From a virus (lineage: Duplodnaviria; Heunggongvirae; Uroviricota; Caudoviricetes), in the IMG/VR virus record IMGVR_UViG_3300034102_002845: a stretch of DNA of 64,000 bases; one strand, 5' to 3'. Position 1 is the first letter of the stretch. Every line of letters starts with the position of its first letter. Below the pieces are notes generated by a model. The model did no database searches. It was not told the DNA's origin and was given only the letters and a program-made list of their open reading frames with translations. This document shows, one piece after another, positions 8,785-19,254 of this stretch. The position numbers were made by a program, and so were the translations under genes.

Positions 8785-9660
8785 CTCTGGGCAGTGTATA
8801 CGGCACACCCATGAGGACCTAAAGGGGACATCCTGGTGCGGGAGAGCCCTTTATAGCTCTGACTGGGTATTTCAGAGTTTAGACCAGGCTGCGTGCGCTC
8901 AAATGGGCGAGAGTTGCCAAGTTCCTTGCAAAAGGTGCCTAAAGACGGCTACAGATGCACTGAAAGGGAACTACAGGTTACCAAACCAGACAAATAGCGA
9001 GACACTGCAAACCTCACTGGACGACTCCGCCCATGGGCACAAAATACTTGGAGAATTACAGAGAATTGTAGACCTTATTGGGGAAGGGCAGGTTAGACTG
9101 GATTCTACAACACAAGATATCACCTATAGTAATCTTTGGGACCTTTACGACTGAGCTCACCATGTTAAATAAACGCCTACAAGAACTTTTAAGCCAGTAC
9201 CCTGATGACACAGAGGTTATTCTGGTTACTCGCAGAAAACACGGCTATTGCTTTGAGAACGAGTTCACCATTGACAACATGGAAGTGAATCATTGTAACT
9301 ACACTACAAAGTGGCAGAGTAACATCGATCACTATTCCCTCGTATACAATATATGTGAGTATCGAGACGAAGTTAACGGTAAACTTGTTGACCTTAAAAT
9401 TCCCATGGTAACGAAGAGAGTCATAGTTTTAGAGGGTTAGCCCGTGCCAAATAAAAAAGTCAAATCGGCGATGAAGGGAGTAAAGTTGCTGGCTGAACTC
9501 ACCCTTTACTTTGCCGTGGCGTGCGGATCAGCTTATGGTGCCTTGAGACAGGGCTGGCCCCCTGAAATTCTAGCGGTGTCAGTAATTGCCGGTGGGTGGA
9601 CTTACTTATTTTTAGACTCAGATGGCTACTAGTCCGCACATTCGGTTAACCGCTTGCTTC

Positions 9661-9705
9661 GGGGGGGTTTCCCGGCTTGTTTCTGCCCCGAAAAAGCGGT
9701 AAAAT
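9661..9705 (+). promoter_or_regulatory. hairpin plus promoter cassette
   Basis: -35 ttgttt 9677-9682; 17-bp spacer; -10 taaaat 9700-9705; ATG 9733. Confidence 0.5.
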
Positions 9706-9732
9706 AACCAAGTAGCCAAGACCCATACAAAA

Positions 9733-10212
9733 ATGACACCTTTCCCTCTGTATAAATCTGGTGGTAGCTACTTTATTGACTTTCCACCCCTACCTGGAGA
9801 GGAGGAGGGATGCAATCACGTAGAAATATACGAGTACGACCACTGTGAGTGGTGCTGGTTGAACGAGGAAGAACACTCGGGTCCTTGGGGTAGCCTCAAA
9901 GAGGCTGAGGGGTCCGCACGTGAAATTTACGCAAGCAAGTGTTTGGAGGGAGTTCGCAACGATCTAAAAGACGCTTTTGAGCCATTTAATGGTAAATGCT
10001 TAGACGCGTCTAACGTGGAAACCCTCAAGGACTCTCTACGAGACGTGATTGTAAAGTACATCCCACTACCGTCTGTGCCAGTACTAAACTGGAAAGTTTT
10101 TTGCGACGATTCAAACAACTCTCCGCAAGATATCGGCAATGGCGTGATAAACGTTACAATCGTCTGCTCAACCTCAAGAACCAGTAAACACGAGACCCCA
10201 AATGACCAGTAA
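9733..10212 (+). CDS. hypothetical protein
   Basis: ORF follows the cassette at 9661-9705. Confidence 0.3.
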   Translation: MTPFPLYKSGGSYFIDFPPLPGEEEGCNHVEIYEYDHCEWCWLNEEEHSGPWGSLKEAEGSAREIYASKCLEGVRNDLKDAFEPFNGKCLDASNVETLKDSLRDVIVKYIPLPSVPVLNWKVFCDDSNNSPQDIGNGVINVTIVCSTSRTSKHETPNDQ

Positions 10213-10926
10213 CAACGGAAATCAGTCACCGTACACTCCACGAAAACCAGTTTTACCGACACCGCCAGTAGTGCGGTCAAATAAGTCTAGCCCTTACGAC
10301 GCAAGCGGGAGACCTAAAGCAGAATGACACCAAATTCTCTTCAAATCACAATAAAAACATTTAACTACTGGAAGAATTGGTGTTCAGTGCCTCAGGAAAC
10401 TACCTCTTGGGCCCTCGATTGTGACACTGAAGGTCTTTTCTGGCACGACGGCCACCACGCAACTTTCTGGTACCTGCTGAATGTTTCGTGGTATGCCATG
10501 AACGATAAGCTTTACGCTTACACCGGCTGCAAAGAACCTTTTGACGGGTTGCTTCGGGATTTTGACGAGTACTACTCTTGATTTCACCATGAACTTTCGA
10601 ACCGCATGGCTTCGCTTTTACTACCGAGTGAAAAACTCTTTTGATGTCTTAGAGCTTCCTAGCAATTATGATCACAGTGAGTCAGCCTTACCGCCACATG
10701 TTGACTGCCGGTTTATTCACATTAGTTCGAGTTATGGTGGGCTGGGGAACTTTCGGTGGGTAAACTCAAACCCTTCATCAGAGGGCTGTGTCAATACCTG
10801 GGGACGAATCATCTGGGCTGGACGATGGTCCCTGTTTGTTGTACCAGGTCGAATTCCCCGGTCCACGAGAAGCAAAAGACTCGAAGAGCTTCGGGCTCCG
10901 CGTTGGGGTGGTTAACCGTTTGCTCT

Positions 10927-10972
10927 GGGGCGGTTTACCCCCCTTGCCTTTCCGTAAGGAAAGCGGTATACT
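10927..10972 (+). promoter_or_regulatory. hairpin plus promoter cassette
   Basis: -35 ttgcct 10944-10949; spacer ttccgtaaggaaagcgg; -10 tatact 10967-10972; ATG 11001. Confidence 0.55.
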
Positions 10973-11000
10973 TAACTTGTGACCCCCAAAGACTCTTCAA

Positions 11001-11363
11001 ATGGCACAGAAACTTTTCAAAGTTGAGCGGTACGAATTTGACTTTGTGCTGGCCGAAGACGCAAAACAGGCCAGAGGCTTTGAGTTCGGGGACAGCGACC
11101 CGACAAAGACTGTTACCGAGATTACAGAGATGTCTCCCGAACAAGAGGGGTTTAACACGCGACCTGGACTCTTATGGAACCCGTGCGATGCTAGATCCCG
11201 CACTTGGGCTGTCGAAACCTGTGGCGAATGGCTCAAGCGTACCGAAGAGGGCCGTCTTCGTGAGAAAGAAGCAGAGCAACTTGTAGGACTTGCCTTGTCT
11301 AAGCTTTCCTCAGTGGAGAAAGCCGCAGTTTTGGACTGGGCGTCGAAACAACCTAAGGTCTGA
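11001..11363 (+). CDS. hypothetical protein
   Basis: ATG 29 nt after the cassette -10 box (10967-10972). Confidence 0.35.
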   Translation: MAQKLFKVERYEFDFVLAEDAKQARGFEFGDSDPTKTVTEITEMSPEQEGFNTRPGLLWNPCDARSRTWAVETCGEWLKRTEEGRLREKEAEQLVGLALSKLSSVEKAAVLDWASKQPKV

Positions 11364-12179
11364 CCTTTGCTCTGGTAACCTACTATAAGAAAGTGCCCAA
11401 CCCAACTAGCGAAACCTTCGACAAGATCCTGAGTTTCGACCCCTTAGATGCCGCCGAACGTTTAACCGGATCTTCCTACAAAGAGAGCCCAGGTACAGTG
11501 TCCCTTGGAATGGCAATGGCTCAGGAACACAATCCTCCAAAGTCCGAGCTCTGTCTGATGCCAACGACCGATTGAAGTGCAGAAGGCGATCCAAGGGCGG
11601 TTACCTTAAACCCACACAAAATTGTTCAACATAGCTAGAGAAACCTTCAACGAGACTCCAAGGTACACAGCCACCGAATGAAAACTCCTAACCCACCACA
11701 GAAGCCACGACTCGAACCCACTAAGAGACGACTTTCTCTTTGACGACGGAAACTTTTACCGCAGAGTAATTCCGAGAGGAGAGCGGGTAAGGACACCACC
11801 CGAATGGCTCAAGTCCACAGGTTATGTTATCCACGGGTATTACCCTGTAGCCAACCCAAACATAGTCAAAGATCTAGAAACAGCTTACCAACAGTGGGCA
11901 TCTCCCACTAATCCAGAGAGACAAACTTGCAAGCCTATGGCAACCCCTACGCTAGACCCGCAGCAGATTCAGCAACTCATTGAGGCTATTCAACAGCTTT
12001 CCGCAAAGCTCGATGCCCTTTCCGCCGTTGACCACACCGTGGACAAGATAACGGATAGTATTCTCACGTACAGTCTGCTTTTCCCTAAGATTTGACACTA
12101 TGGGCGCCGAGGACGGTTTCCACCCTTGTCTTTGCTCGGCAAAGACGGTATGATTACTTTAGTAGAGATACTCGAACCA

Positions 12180-12500
12180 ATGACAAACCTCCCTGAGAAC
12201 ATCACAATTAAAGAGACCTCTTATCTCGACCATGAGACCACTTTCTGTGGGAAGTTCAGCGACATTAAGAGAGCCCTTGACAAGCTCGAGAAAGAGGGTT
12301 GGGAGGGTATGGAACGCGAATCAAGAGGGTACGACGGTGCTGTTGAGTGCAATCTCTACAAGCACCGCCTAGAAACAGACGAAGAGCGGGACAAAAGGGT
12401 GAAGGCTCTTGGTCAAAAGGCGAAAAAAGAAGCTATTGCAAAGGAAGTGCGGCGGCAAAGGTATGAAACGTTAAGGAAGGAGTTTGGGGCGGACGACTAG
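12180..12500 (+). CDS. hypothetical protein (Lys/Glu-rich C-terminus)
   Basis: First ATG downstream of the -10 box (tatgat 12149-12154). The upstream part of the track ORF would begin inside the promoter. Confidence 0.3.
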   Translation: MTNLPENITIKETSYLDHETTFCGKFSDIKRALDKLEKEGWEGMERESRGYDGAVECNLYKHRLETDEERDKRVKALGQKAKKEAIAKEVRRQRYETLRKEFGADD

Positions 12501-13036
12501 TCGCCCCGCACCCTTGACCCCGCCTTAGTCACCCAGCCTATTAATCTCGTATGGACCCGAATCGCAACTCACTCGAAACCCTTCTCAAATTGCCAACTCA
12601 CAGGTTGCTAACATACTTTCGAGCAAACTTTTCCAGCTTCGCCTACGACGAAGACGAAGAGGGTTCCGCAACTAAGCGGTTTGAGCACCGAAAAGCCGCA
12701 ATCAAGGAAGAGCTGGCCCGTCGAGAGCATGTCCCCCGACCCAAGACCTGTAACTAGCCCGTTGCCCCACACCACCACCTTCACACTAGTGTAAAATGGC
12801 AAGAATCACCGAAGAGCAAGGTTTAAGATCAGCTCAAGATGTTTGGGTTATTGACTTGTATGAGTCTGAGCGAGAATGGGAAGCGAGTCCTGGTCCGAAT
12901 TCTTCACGACTTTTGTGGAGGCCAACGAGCGGTATACTACAGTGAACGCCGTAAACCCTGCGGATCATGTTCCCGACTACTACATCGTTGCATCGAAGCC
13001 TCGCAAGGCCATTCCGCGTCTAACTTGACTACCTTG

Positions 13037-13084
13037 AGGGGCGGTTTCCACCCCCTTGTTTCTGCGACGCAGAAACGGTATAAT
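13037..13084 (+). promoter_or_regulatory. hairpin plus promoter cassette
   Basis: -35 ttgttt 13056-13061; spacer ctgcgacgcagaaacgg (palindrome); -10 tataat 13079-13084; ATG 13112. Confidence 0.55.
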
Positions 13085-13111
13085 TGGTTCGTGACCAAAG
13101 CACCCCAACCC

Positions 13112-13735
13112 ATGAAGTCTCCCCCTGAATCAGTTACAGGACAACTTTTGCTGAAGCCAGGGGACAGTGTGTTTGTTCCTGGAAAAATACTTAAAAATTC
13201 TCCCGACGGTCGAACCTGGGGAACTGAAGTTCCTTACCTTCACTTTCGGAAGAGTCCAGTAAAAGACGGTCTCTACGTTGTGTCCGACATCTGGATGCAC
13301 CCAAAAGCAACGGACCCGAACGTTCCATCCTCCTACTGCTACACTCTGGTAAGAGTCCGTGATGATCGTACTTGGACAAAAGGGTGGAGAGTCAGACTCC
13401 GAACCTCCTTCACACCTGAAGACCTGTCCTCAACAAAACTGCCTTTCAACTGCGTCGACTGGGACAATCTCATTCGAGACGAAATAGTTGAGACCGCTGC
13501 GTACACCCCTGGCGAAAAGTTCGACATGGACGAGTTTAGAAAGGATCTCGGCCAAGTTCTTTACAAGCACAAGGTTACTCTGTCAGTAGACACGAAGTTC
13601 TCCGACTACTGGGACGATTACGGCACAGACCACCTTGTTGTACTCGTCAACGGAGAGATAAAAGGAGACCTCGGGACTAACTTTCCTAGAAGAAGATCCG
13701 AGCCGAGGTGGGACAACGGGGAACAAAACCGCTAA
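13112..13735 (+). CDS. hypothetical protein
   Basis: ATG 28 nt after the cassette -10 box (13079-13084). The track ORF 12839.. reads through the cassette, so the start is probably internal. Confidence 0.4.
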   Translation: MKSPPESVTGQLLLKPGDSVFVPGKILKNSPDGRTWGTEVPYLHFRKSPVKDGLYVVSDIWMHPKATDPNVPSSYCYTLVRVRDDRTWTKGWRVRLRTSFTPEDLSSTKLPFNCVDWDNLIRDEIVETAAYTPGEKFDMDEFRKDLGQVLYKHKVTLSVDTKFSDYWDDYGTDHLVVLVNGEIKGDLGTNFPRRRSEPRWDNGEQNR

Positions 13736-13736
13736 G

Positions 13737-13781
13737 AGCGGCTTCCCGCCATTGTTTCTGCTCTGCAGAAACGGTATCATT
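13737..13781 (+). promoter_or_regulatory. promoter cassette
   Basis: -35 ttgttt 13753-13758; spacer ctgctctgcagaaacgg; -10 tatcat 13776-13781; ATG 13811. Confidence 0.5.
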
Positions 13782-13810
13782 GCTTCATAGACACCCCATC
13801 GGACAAACTA

Positions 13811-14095
13811 ATGCAAATCTGGCAAACGTATTGCAGTTCAGACGATATCGAGGGTAGGGGCCCAATGGTTCCCAATCTCGTTTTCCTTCACCAGCCTCAC
13901 GCTGAAAGGTACATTGATGAGCAACCTGGAGTTATGGGGTTACTGGGCCGGAGAGGGGGCTGGGAGATTAAACCGGTTAACGTGATTGACTACGACATCG
14001 TTCAGGCGAAAGCCAGCAAGGAGAAAATTCGCCAGGAAGCTCTCAAGAAGCTCTCTCAAGAGGAGAAAGAAGCTCTTGGACTGACTTTCACCTAA
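13811..14095 (+). CDS. hypothetical protein
   Basis: Follows the cassette at 13737-13781. Confidence 0.3.
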   Translation: MQIWQTYCSSDDIEGRGPMVPNLVFLHQPHAERYIDEQPGVMGLLGRRGGWEIKPVNVIDYDIVQAKASKEKIRQEALKKLSQEEKEALGLTFT

Positions 14096-14145
14096 AGAGG
14101 AACGTTCACTCCCTTTCCCTCCTCGGCTGACCCCCATACTAAAAA

Positions 14146-15255
14146 ATGGAAATAAACCTGCGCCACTTTCTAATCGACTGGTTAAACTACCGTGTCGAGA
14201 CCGCTTTTGAAGCACTCGCTGAACACGACATTCGTGTTGCTCGCGACGAACGTTACCCTGCTCTCTACAACTTGAAGTACGGCAGTGTAATGGCGGACAA
14301 GGCACTGCCGATCGTTCGTGCCTGCCGTGGTGCCGTAGTCGAACTCGTTGACGATGGTACGGGCTCCCCGTACTTTCGGCTGGTTGCGTACGCCTTCGAT
14401 CGCTTTTTCAACGTTGGCGAGGGGTATGCCGCTGAGATTGATTGGTCCACTGCCCGTGTAGCTGAGAAGTATGACGGGTCTCTGATCAAGTTGTTTAGCT
14501 ATAAGGGGGATTGGGTAGTTTCAACCTCCGGTTCAGTCGCTGGTTCCTCGGAAGTAGGAACCACGGGTCGCTCCTTCTCCGAGTTGTTTTGGCACGTGTT
14601 TGACGAAGTTGGCTACGAGCGGGTGGACCTGGACCCTAATTTCGTGTATATCTATGAATTGTGCCACAAAGACAACAAAATTGTTGTAGACTACGAGACT
14701 CCCCTTTTACCTCTCTTAACTGTCCGTAGCGTAATAGATGACCTGAACGAAAAGGATCTCAAGTACTTTGAGAACCGATTCAATCTCGCTCAGACCTACG
14801 ACCTGCGCTCACATGAAGCTGTAACCCAGTTTGTAAACGACTCTTCTCGTGGTACCGCTGAAGGCGTAATTATTGTCGACGGAAACGGAAACCGCCAGAA
14901 AGACAAGTCCAACGTCTACTGTCAGTTGCACAGGGTTAAAGGAAACGGAGAACCGGATTTCTCCGAGCTTTTCCTGAACGACGACTTGGAAGAGTTTCTG
15001 CTTCACTTTCCCGAGTATCGTAGGGGTTTTGACGTTCACCTGCGTTCCATCGAAGTGATGGAGAGTGCGGTGAGCGAGAACATGAGGGCTCACAACCATC
15101 TTAACCAGAAGGATTTCGCTCAAGCCGTACTTGCCGAGTCAAAAGAACTTTCTGGAGCATGCTTTGCGATTCGATCCGGCAAAGTCGGATCCTTTGCAGA
15201 GTGGCTCGAAGGTTTAACCCCGAAAAAGCTCGACGTTTTGCTCGGAATTTCCTGA
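14146..15255 (+). CDS. RNA ligase, T4 Rnl1 (RnlA)-like
   Basis: Motif I EKYDGSL (compare T4 Rnl1 KEDGSL), then AEGVIIVDGNGNRQKDKSNVY (motif IV EGhh plus motif V lysines) about 150 aa downstream. Length 369 aa, similar to Rnl1. Confidence 0.6.
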   Translation: MEINLRHFLIDWLNYRVETAFEALAEHDIRVARDERYPALYNLKYGSVMADKALPIVRACRGAVVELVDDGTGSPYFRLVAYAFDRFFNVGEGYAAEIDWSTARVAEKYDGSLIKLFSYKGDWVVSTSGSVAGSSEVGTTGRSFSELFWHVFDEVGYERVDLDPNFVYIYELCHKDNKIVVDYETPLLPLLTVRSVIDDLNEKDLKYFENRFNLAQTYDLRSHEAVTQFVNDSSRGTAEGVIIVDGNGNRQKDKSNVYCQLHRVKGNGEPDFSELFLNDDLEEFLLHFPEYRRGFDVHLRSIEVMESAVSENMRAHNHLNQKDFAQAVLAESKELSGACFAIRSGKVGSFAEWLEGLTPKKLDVLLGIS

Positions 15256-15270
15256 CTAGTCCCTTTCTCC

Positions 15271-15528
15271 TTGCGCACCTACCCGAGACAAATGTACAAA
15301 GTCACATTCACAAACGCCCACCTTGAAAACCGCACCATCGAGTGCAGATTTTACGACTTGGAATTAAGTAGTATTCCGGCAAAGGGAAGCACGTTGACAC
15401 TAGAGCAAGTAACCTACCGTGTAGGTGACGCCCACTGGTTCATTAGCTATGACGACTCCCCAATGCACACAGGAAGGAACGCCGACGTGTCCGTAAAGAT
15501 TGAGTTGTTTCCCGTTCCCTTCAACTAA
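15271..15528 (+). CDS. hypothetical protein
   Basis: Compact ORF between two genes; no recognisable motif. Confidence 0.3.
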   Translation: MRTYPRQMYKVTFTNAHLENRTIECRFYDLELSSIPAKGSTLTLEQVTYRVGDAHWFISYDDSPMHTGRNADVSVKIELFPVPFN

Positions 15529-15539
15529 CCTGAGTCAAA

Positions 15540-16751
15540 ATGGCAAAGTCCCATAACTACGTCAATTCTAAAGGAGAGGAAATCGACTTCGCTGACTCCT
15601 TCAATGTCGGCTTAATAAATGACGCCATTGATGCAGCTACCGCTGCACTAGATGCCGAGCCTAGTGAGAATGTGCCAATTCCAGACCATGCGAGCATGCT
15701 CGCTTTCGCATGTGGCCGTGAGCCCTGGGCAACATGGCTGAAGTCTGGCGGCTCCCTGGAATCGGCTCACCTTGAGCTGTCTGATCTGATGCTGGCTGTC
15801 CTTGCCCAATGGGGCCAATCCACCCCGCCAGCGTCGGAGGTGAGTGATGGGCCAAGCGACGAGCAGATCGAACAGGTGGCGCAGCTAGTTTACGCGTCGA
15901 TGAGGTTCGCGGTTCCCGACATCCCCGCCATCTATGGCCTAAGCGAGTGGGTAGAGCGTGGCGGCGGTCCAATGCAGGTCAAGGCGCGGAAAACTGCTCG
16001 CGCCGTCCTCGCCCGCCGGGGCAACCCCGCCACCCTGGCTGAGCCGGAGCCGGGGGAGGTGGCGGGGGTTGCGGAATGGCTTAACAAGCGTGGACAGATG
16101 GCAGACCTAGGAGTAAAGGATTGGTATTTCCGCTCTGCCACCCTGCTCCAGCAGCAGGCTGCCGAGCTGGCCACCCTGCGGATTACGCATGAGGTGGACC
16201 AGGGGAAAGTGAAAGAGACTGTCGATGCCTTGGTAAAAGCTGAGGCCATCTTGACAGATGTAGTTGAGGGTGAGTCCCCTGTTGATTGCGGCCCCAGCAA
16301 TGCTCATAATTATTTTGCCGAACAATGTGGTCACCTTGAATCAGGTCTTGAAAAATGTGAAGAACTCCTGGAAAATATAAGGTCGGTGATCAAACGACAC
16401 GAAATCGGAAAGCATAGCCCGTCAAACGGCTTAGAGCCAGTATCTGTATCCGAGCGGCTGCCGGGAAGAGAGGATTGTGATAATGAGGGACGCTGTTGGT
16501 GGTTGATGAAACCCCTTGCGGCCAGGGCTTCACCGTCCTGGGTGTTTGGTTTATCTTCCACTAAAGATGGTCAGGGTGGAGTATTTTTCCAAACCCACTG
16601 GCTCCCTCACAATGCCATCCCCCTACCCCAGAATGTGGGAGTGCTATCTTCAAATGGTGAATATGAAGCGGGAAGTATGTGGATGGGCCACACTCGCCCC
16701 AACAGTGACGCCAGTAGGGTTGAGCAAGCAGCTACCAGGGGAGAAGGATGA
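15540..16751 (+). CDS. hypothetical protein with a GC-rich central segment
   Basis: 403-aa ORF. The roughly 15700-16100 stretch is visibly more GC-rich than its surroundings. C-terminus has CWWLMKP...WVFG...HWLPHNAIPLP. Confidence 0.4.
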   Translation: MAKSHNYVNSKGEEIDFADSFNVGLINDAIDAATAALDAEPSENVPIPDHASMLAFACGREPWATWLKSGGSLESAHLELSDLMLAVLAQWGQSTPPASEVSDGPSDEQIEQVAQLVYASMRFAVPDIPAIYGLSEWVERGGGPMQVKARKTARAVLARRGNPATLAEPEPGEVAGVAEWLNKRGQMADLGVKDWYFRSATLLQQQAAELATLRITHEVDQGKVKETVDALVKAEAILTDVVEGESPVDCGPSNAHNYFAEQCGHLESGLEKCEELLENIRSVIKRHEIGKHSPSNGLEPVSVSERLPGREDCDNEGRCWWLMKPLAARASPSWVFGLSSTKDGQGGVFFQTHWLPHNAIPLPQNVGVLSSNGEYEAGSMWMGHTRPNSDASRVEQAATRGEG

Positions 16752-17419
16752 GGGAGTCTAATTTCCACCGGAAACACCTTGTTTCTAAGGACTTTTCGGG
16801 GTCCGATATGCCTTACAGCACTTTCTTCAGGTCCAAACTCTGGGATGTTGATTTCAGCTTCGCTGACTTAACTGGTTCTGACTTTAGGCACTCCCTCATT
16901 CGCCGTTGCAACTTTAATGGTGCTATACTCAAAGGTGCTTTGTTTGAGGGGTGTAGTTTCGGGGCACTCAAATCTTCTTTTGTGGGTACCATCCTACCCC
17001 ACCATGGGGGTATTCCAGTCCAGGGGGCATTTCATGCTTATACGATAGCCGACTCTGGCTTGATTAGACTTGTTGTCCCTGCAGACGCCAGACGAGGGGT
17101 TAGTCTTCAGGGGTGTAAGTGGGTGTCTCATGCAAGAGTTTGCGAAGGCTCCGGAAGGTGCTGGGGTGTCGTTCACAGAGGGGTGTACGAAAGAGCAAAG
17201 TATATTAAGGGGGAAGTTGTATCCCCTGGGTGGAATATAGTCGTCTTCCTAACCAGGGGTGAAGCACTTGACGCTTTGGAGGAAGCCGCACGATTCAGTG
17301 TGCTGAAGCCTTACCCGTTGGACTTTGAAGGAAGCTACGGAGACTGGGTAAGCAGAAAACGGTTAACCGTGCCGGGGCAGACGGTTTCCCCCCTTGCCTT
17401 CGTGGAGCAAAAGAGCTAA
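16748..17419 (+). CDS. pentapeptide-repeat protein
   Basis: FSFADLTGSDFRHSLIRRCNFNGAILKGALFEGCSFGA are tandem A(D/N)LxX-type pentapeptide repeats. Confidence 0.45.
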   Translation: MRESNFHRKHLVSKDFSGSDMPYSTFFRSKLWDVDFSFADLTGSDFRHSLIRRCNFNGAILKGALFEGCSFGALKSSFVGTILPHHGGIPVQGAFHAYTIADSGLIRLVVPADARRGVSLQGCKWVSHARVCEGSGRCWGVVHRGVYERAKYIKGEVVSPGWNIVVFLTRGEALDALEEAARFSVLKPYPLDFEGSYGDWVSRKRLTVPGQTVSPLAFVEQKS

Positions 17420-17422
17420 ACT
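17375..17422 (+). promoter_or_regulatory. hairpin plus promoter cassette
   Basis: -35 ttgcct 17394-17399; -10 taaact 17417-17422; ATG 17429. Confidence 0.5.
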
Positions 17423-17428
17423 TAGACC

Positions 17429-17752
17429 ATGAAAAAGAAAGTTAAAAAGCGGCTCCAATCGCGCATCCGACGTGAAGTTTTCGACTTCTCGTACCCTGTG
17501 GACCTGGGTGAAGAGGTACGTAAAATTGAGAAGAATAGGAAAGCCATTCAGGCGCTCCGGGCTTTTCACTTTGCTTACGACCCAGACAGAAGGAGCGGCG
17601 AGGAGACCTATGGCTACACGAGTCTGGAAAGCATCGAGTCAAGCCTTAAGTATATTTGTGATCGCTGGGGCTGCGCTTTTCGCTTAACTTGGCTCCTCGG
17701 AGTCCCGAGCGCGGTCGCCAACCTAAAGAGTTCACCCAAATTATCCAAATGA
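17429..17752 (+). CDS. hypothetical protein
   Basis: ATG 7 nt after the cassette -10 box (17417-17422). Confidence 0.3.
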   Translation: MKKKVKKRLQSRIRREVFDFSYPVDLGEEVRKIEKNRKAIQALRAFHFAYDPDRRSGEETYGYTSLESIESSLKYICDRWGCAFRLTWLLGVPSAVANLKSSPKLSK

Positions 17753-18060
17753 CGTTCGCTCCAACAAAAGTTCTTGAGAAAGAAGTCGAATCCCTATTGA
17801 AATCTCTGAAAAAAGACATTCAAAACGACTACCGAGCTCACGAGGAAGACAGCATTCCGGGATTTTTGGTGACGATTGGTGCCGATTTGAACGATGACGG
17901 TTCCTTCTCTTGGGGTTTCCAAACCGGAGACAACAGCTATACTGGAGGAGCTTACGGCTTCCCCCACTGGGCAGTAGTCGGTCTCTATCGCCGAAGCAAC
18001 TGCCGTGCTCTTGCGCAAGACGTCGTAGAGCAGATAACTGCGGAGTCCAACTTCAAGTAG
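17689..18060 (+). CDS. hypothetical protein
   Basis: Overlaps the end of 17429..17752 in another frame. Glycine/aromatic-rich C-terminus. Confidence 0.25.
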   Translation: MAPRSPERGRQPKEFTQIIQMTFAPTKVLEKEVESLLKSLKKDIQNDYRAHEEDSIPGFLVTIGADLNDDGSFSWGFQTGDNSYTGGAYGFPHWAVVGLYRRSNCRALAQDVVEQITAESNFK

Positions 18061-18831
18061 CTCAGCCCTTTAAAACCCTAACCACACCCCTGAGTAAAAT
18101 GCCCTGCCGTGACCCTTTTTATGATGTCCTCACCACGACTTCCGCTCTCTTGAGAGTGAGAGTGCCGGGAATCCTGTGCTAGCTCCAGTTCGTTATCTGC
18201 TTCCGACCGAGCAAGCAAAGGACAACTTGCGCCTGTTTCTCAACCATGAAACTCGCTGAGGACCTAAAAAGAGTCGTCCGTACTCGGAAATCAAAGAGTA
18301 CTTCTTGGATCCTTTTACGGAGAATCCCCCTGGGCAAAAGTTCTGGTTTGTGAAAGTAGTGTCTGGTGAGGTTAAAAGTGTTATGTTGTGGGTGCTGGTT
18401 GCGCTATTCCACCCTCGAGAGAACTCCGTATCAGGTCTAAAGGGGAACTCGTAAGAACGACGCACTGTTGGGCGAACGACGAAGAACAAGCCAGGTCAAT
18501 TGCTCTAAGTGACTATTATGCGCAGACTTGCACAATAACGGACTAGACAATTACTTTGTTGAAAACAAATGAACAAGCTAAGATCAATTACTGACAAGGT
18601 ATTAAGATTTGGATGGGAGGACGGTGCCCGTGGCGGAAGTCGACCCTTTCGCTTATCCGTGTGGATTGAAGACACTCTACATTGGTGGAAAACGGGGGAG
18701 TCAACGATTCACTGTGTGAACGGTCTTAAGCACCACAGGGTTTATCTTAGTGCCACGAGAGCCCCGCACACGGCACCGCTTGATGTACCTTTCACTAGAC
18801 GGGGGGGAAAGGCTACCCCCCTAATAAAAGT

Positions 18832-19137
18832 TTGAGCAGGGTGATGGAAGACAACATTTCGAGACTACAGCAAATGACGAGAGATACGAGAGAAGAAACG
18901 GCTCGAATTCGTGAGGAAACAGCAATAATTGAAAAGGAGACCGCCCAGTACAGGGAACAAACAGCAAGGCTTAAGAAAGAAAACTCAAGACTGCGGGAGG
19001 AGATTCACCTTAAGCATGCTCAACGCCGTGAGCACAGGATAAAAATGGAAAGGGAAACGGAAGACAGGTTGCAAAGCATTGAGCTACGACTTCAGCAGTT
19101 GGAGGTTGCCCTGAAAAGCCAGTCGCAGGATGTGTGA
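18832..19137 (+). CDS. coiled-coil protein
   Basis: Heptad-like RE(E/Q)TA repeats (TREETARIREETAIIEKETAQYREQTARLKKE). Confidence 0.35.
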   Translation: MSRVMEDNISRLQQMTRDTREETARIREETAIIEKETAQYREQTARLKKENSRLREEIHLKHAQRREHRIKMERETEDRLQSIELRLQQLEVALKSQSQDV

Positions 19138-19172
19138 TCTTTCGAGTTGTTAGGGTCGTGCAAAGTTTTAGG

Positions 19173-19236
19173 GGGGCAAACCGCCCTAAACGTTCTGTTT
19201 TCCGTCTTGTTTCTGCTCTGCAGAAACGGTATAGTT
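19173..19236 (+). promoter_or_regulatory. hairpin plus promoter cassette (upstream of tyrS)
   Basis: -35 ttgttt 19208-19213; spacer identical to the 13759-13775 copy; -10 tatagt 19231-19236; ATG 19255. Confidence 0.55.
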
Positions 19237-19254
19237 AGTTTAATCACCAAGCCT

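Noticed and set aside
12839-13111. Upstream extension of ORF 12839-13735 as a single 298-aa protein
   Set aside because: The reading frame runs straight through a complete hairpin/promoter cassette (13037-13084). The first ATG downstream of the -10 box (13112) is the more plausible start. The upstream 90 codons may still be a separate small gene.
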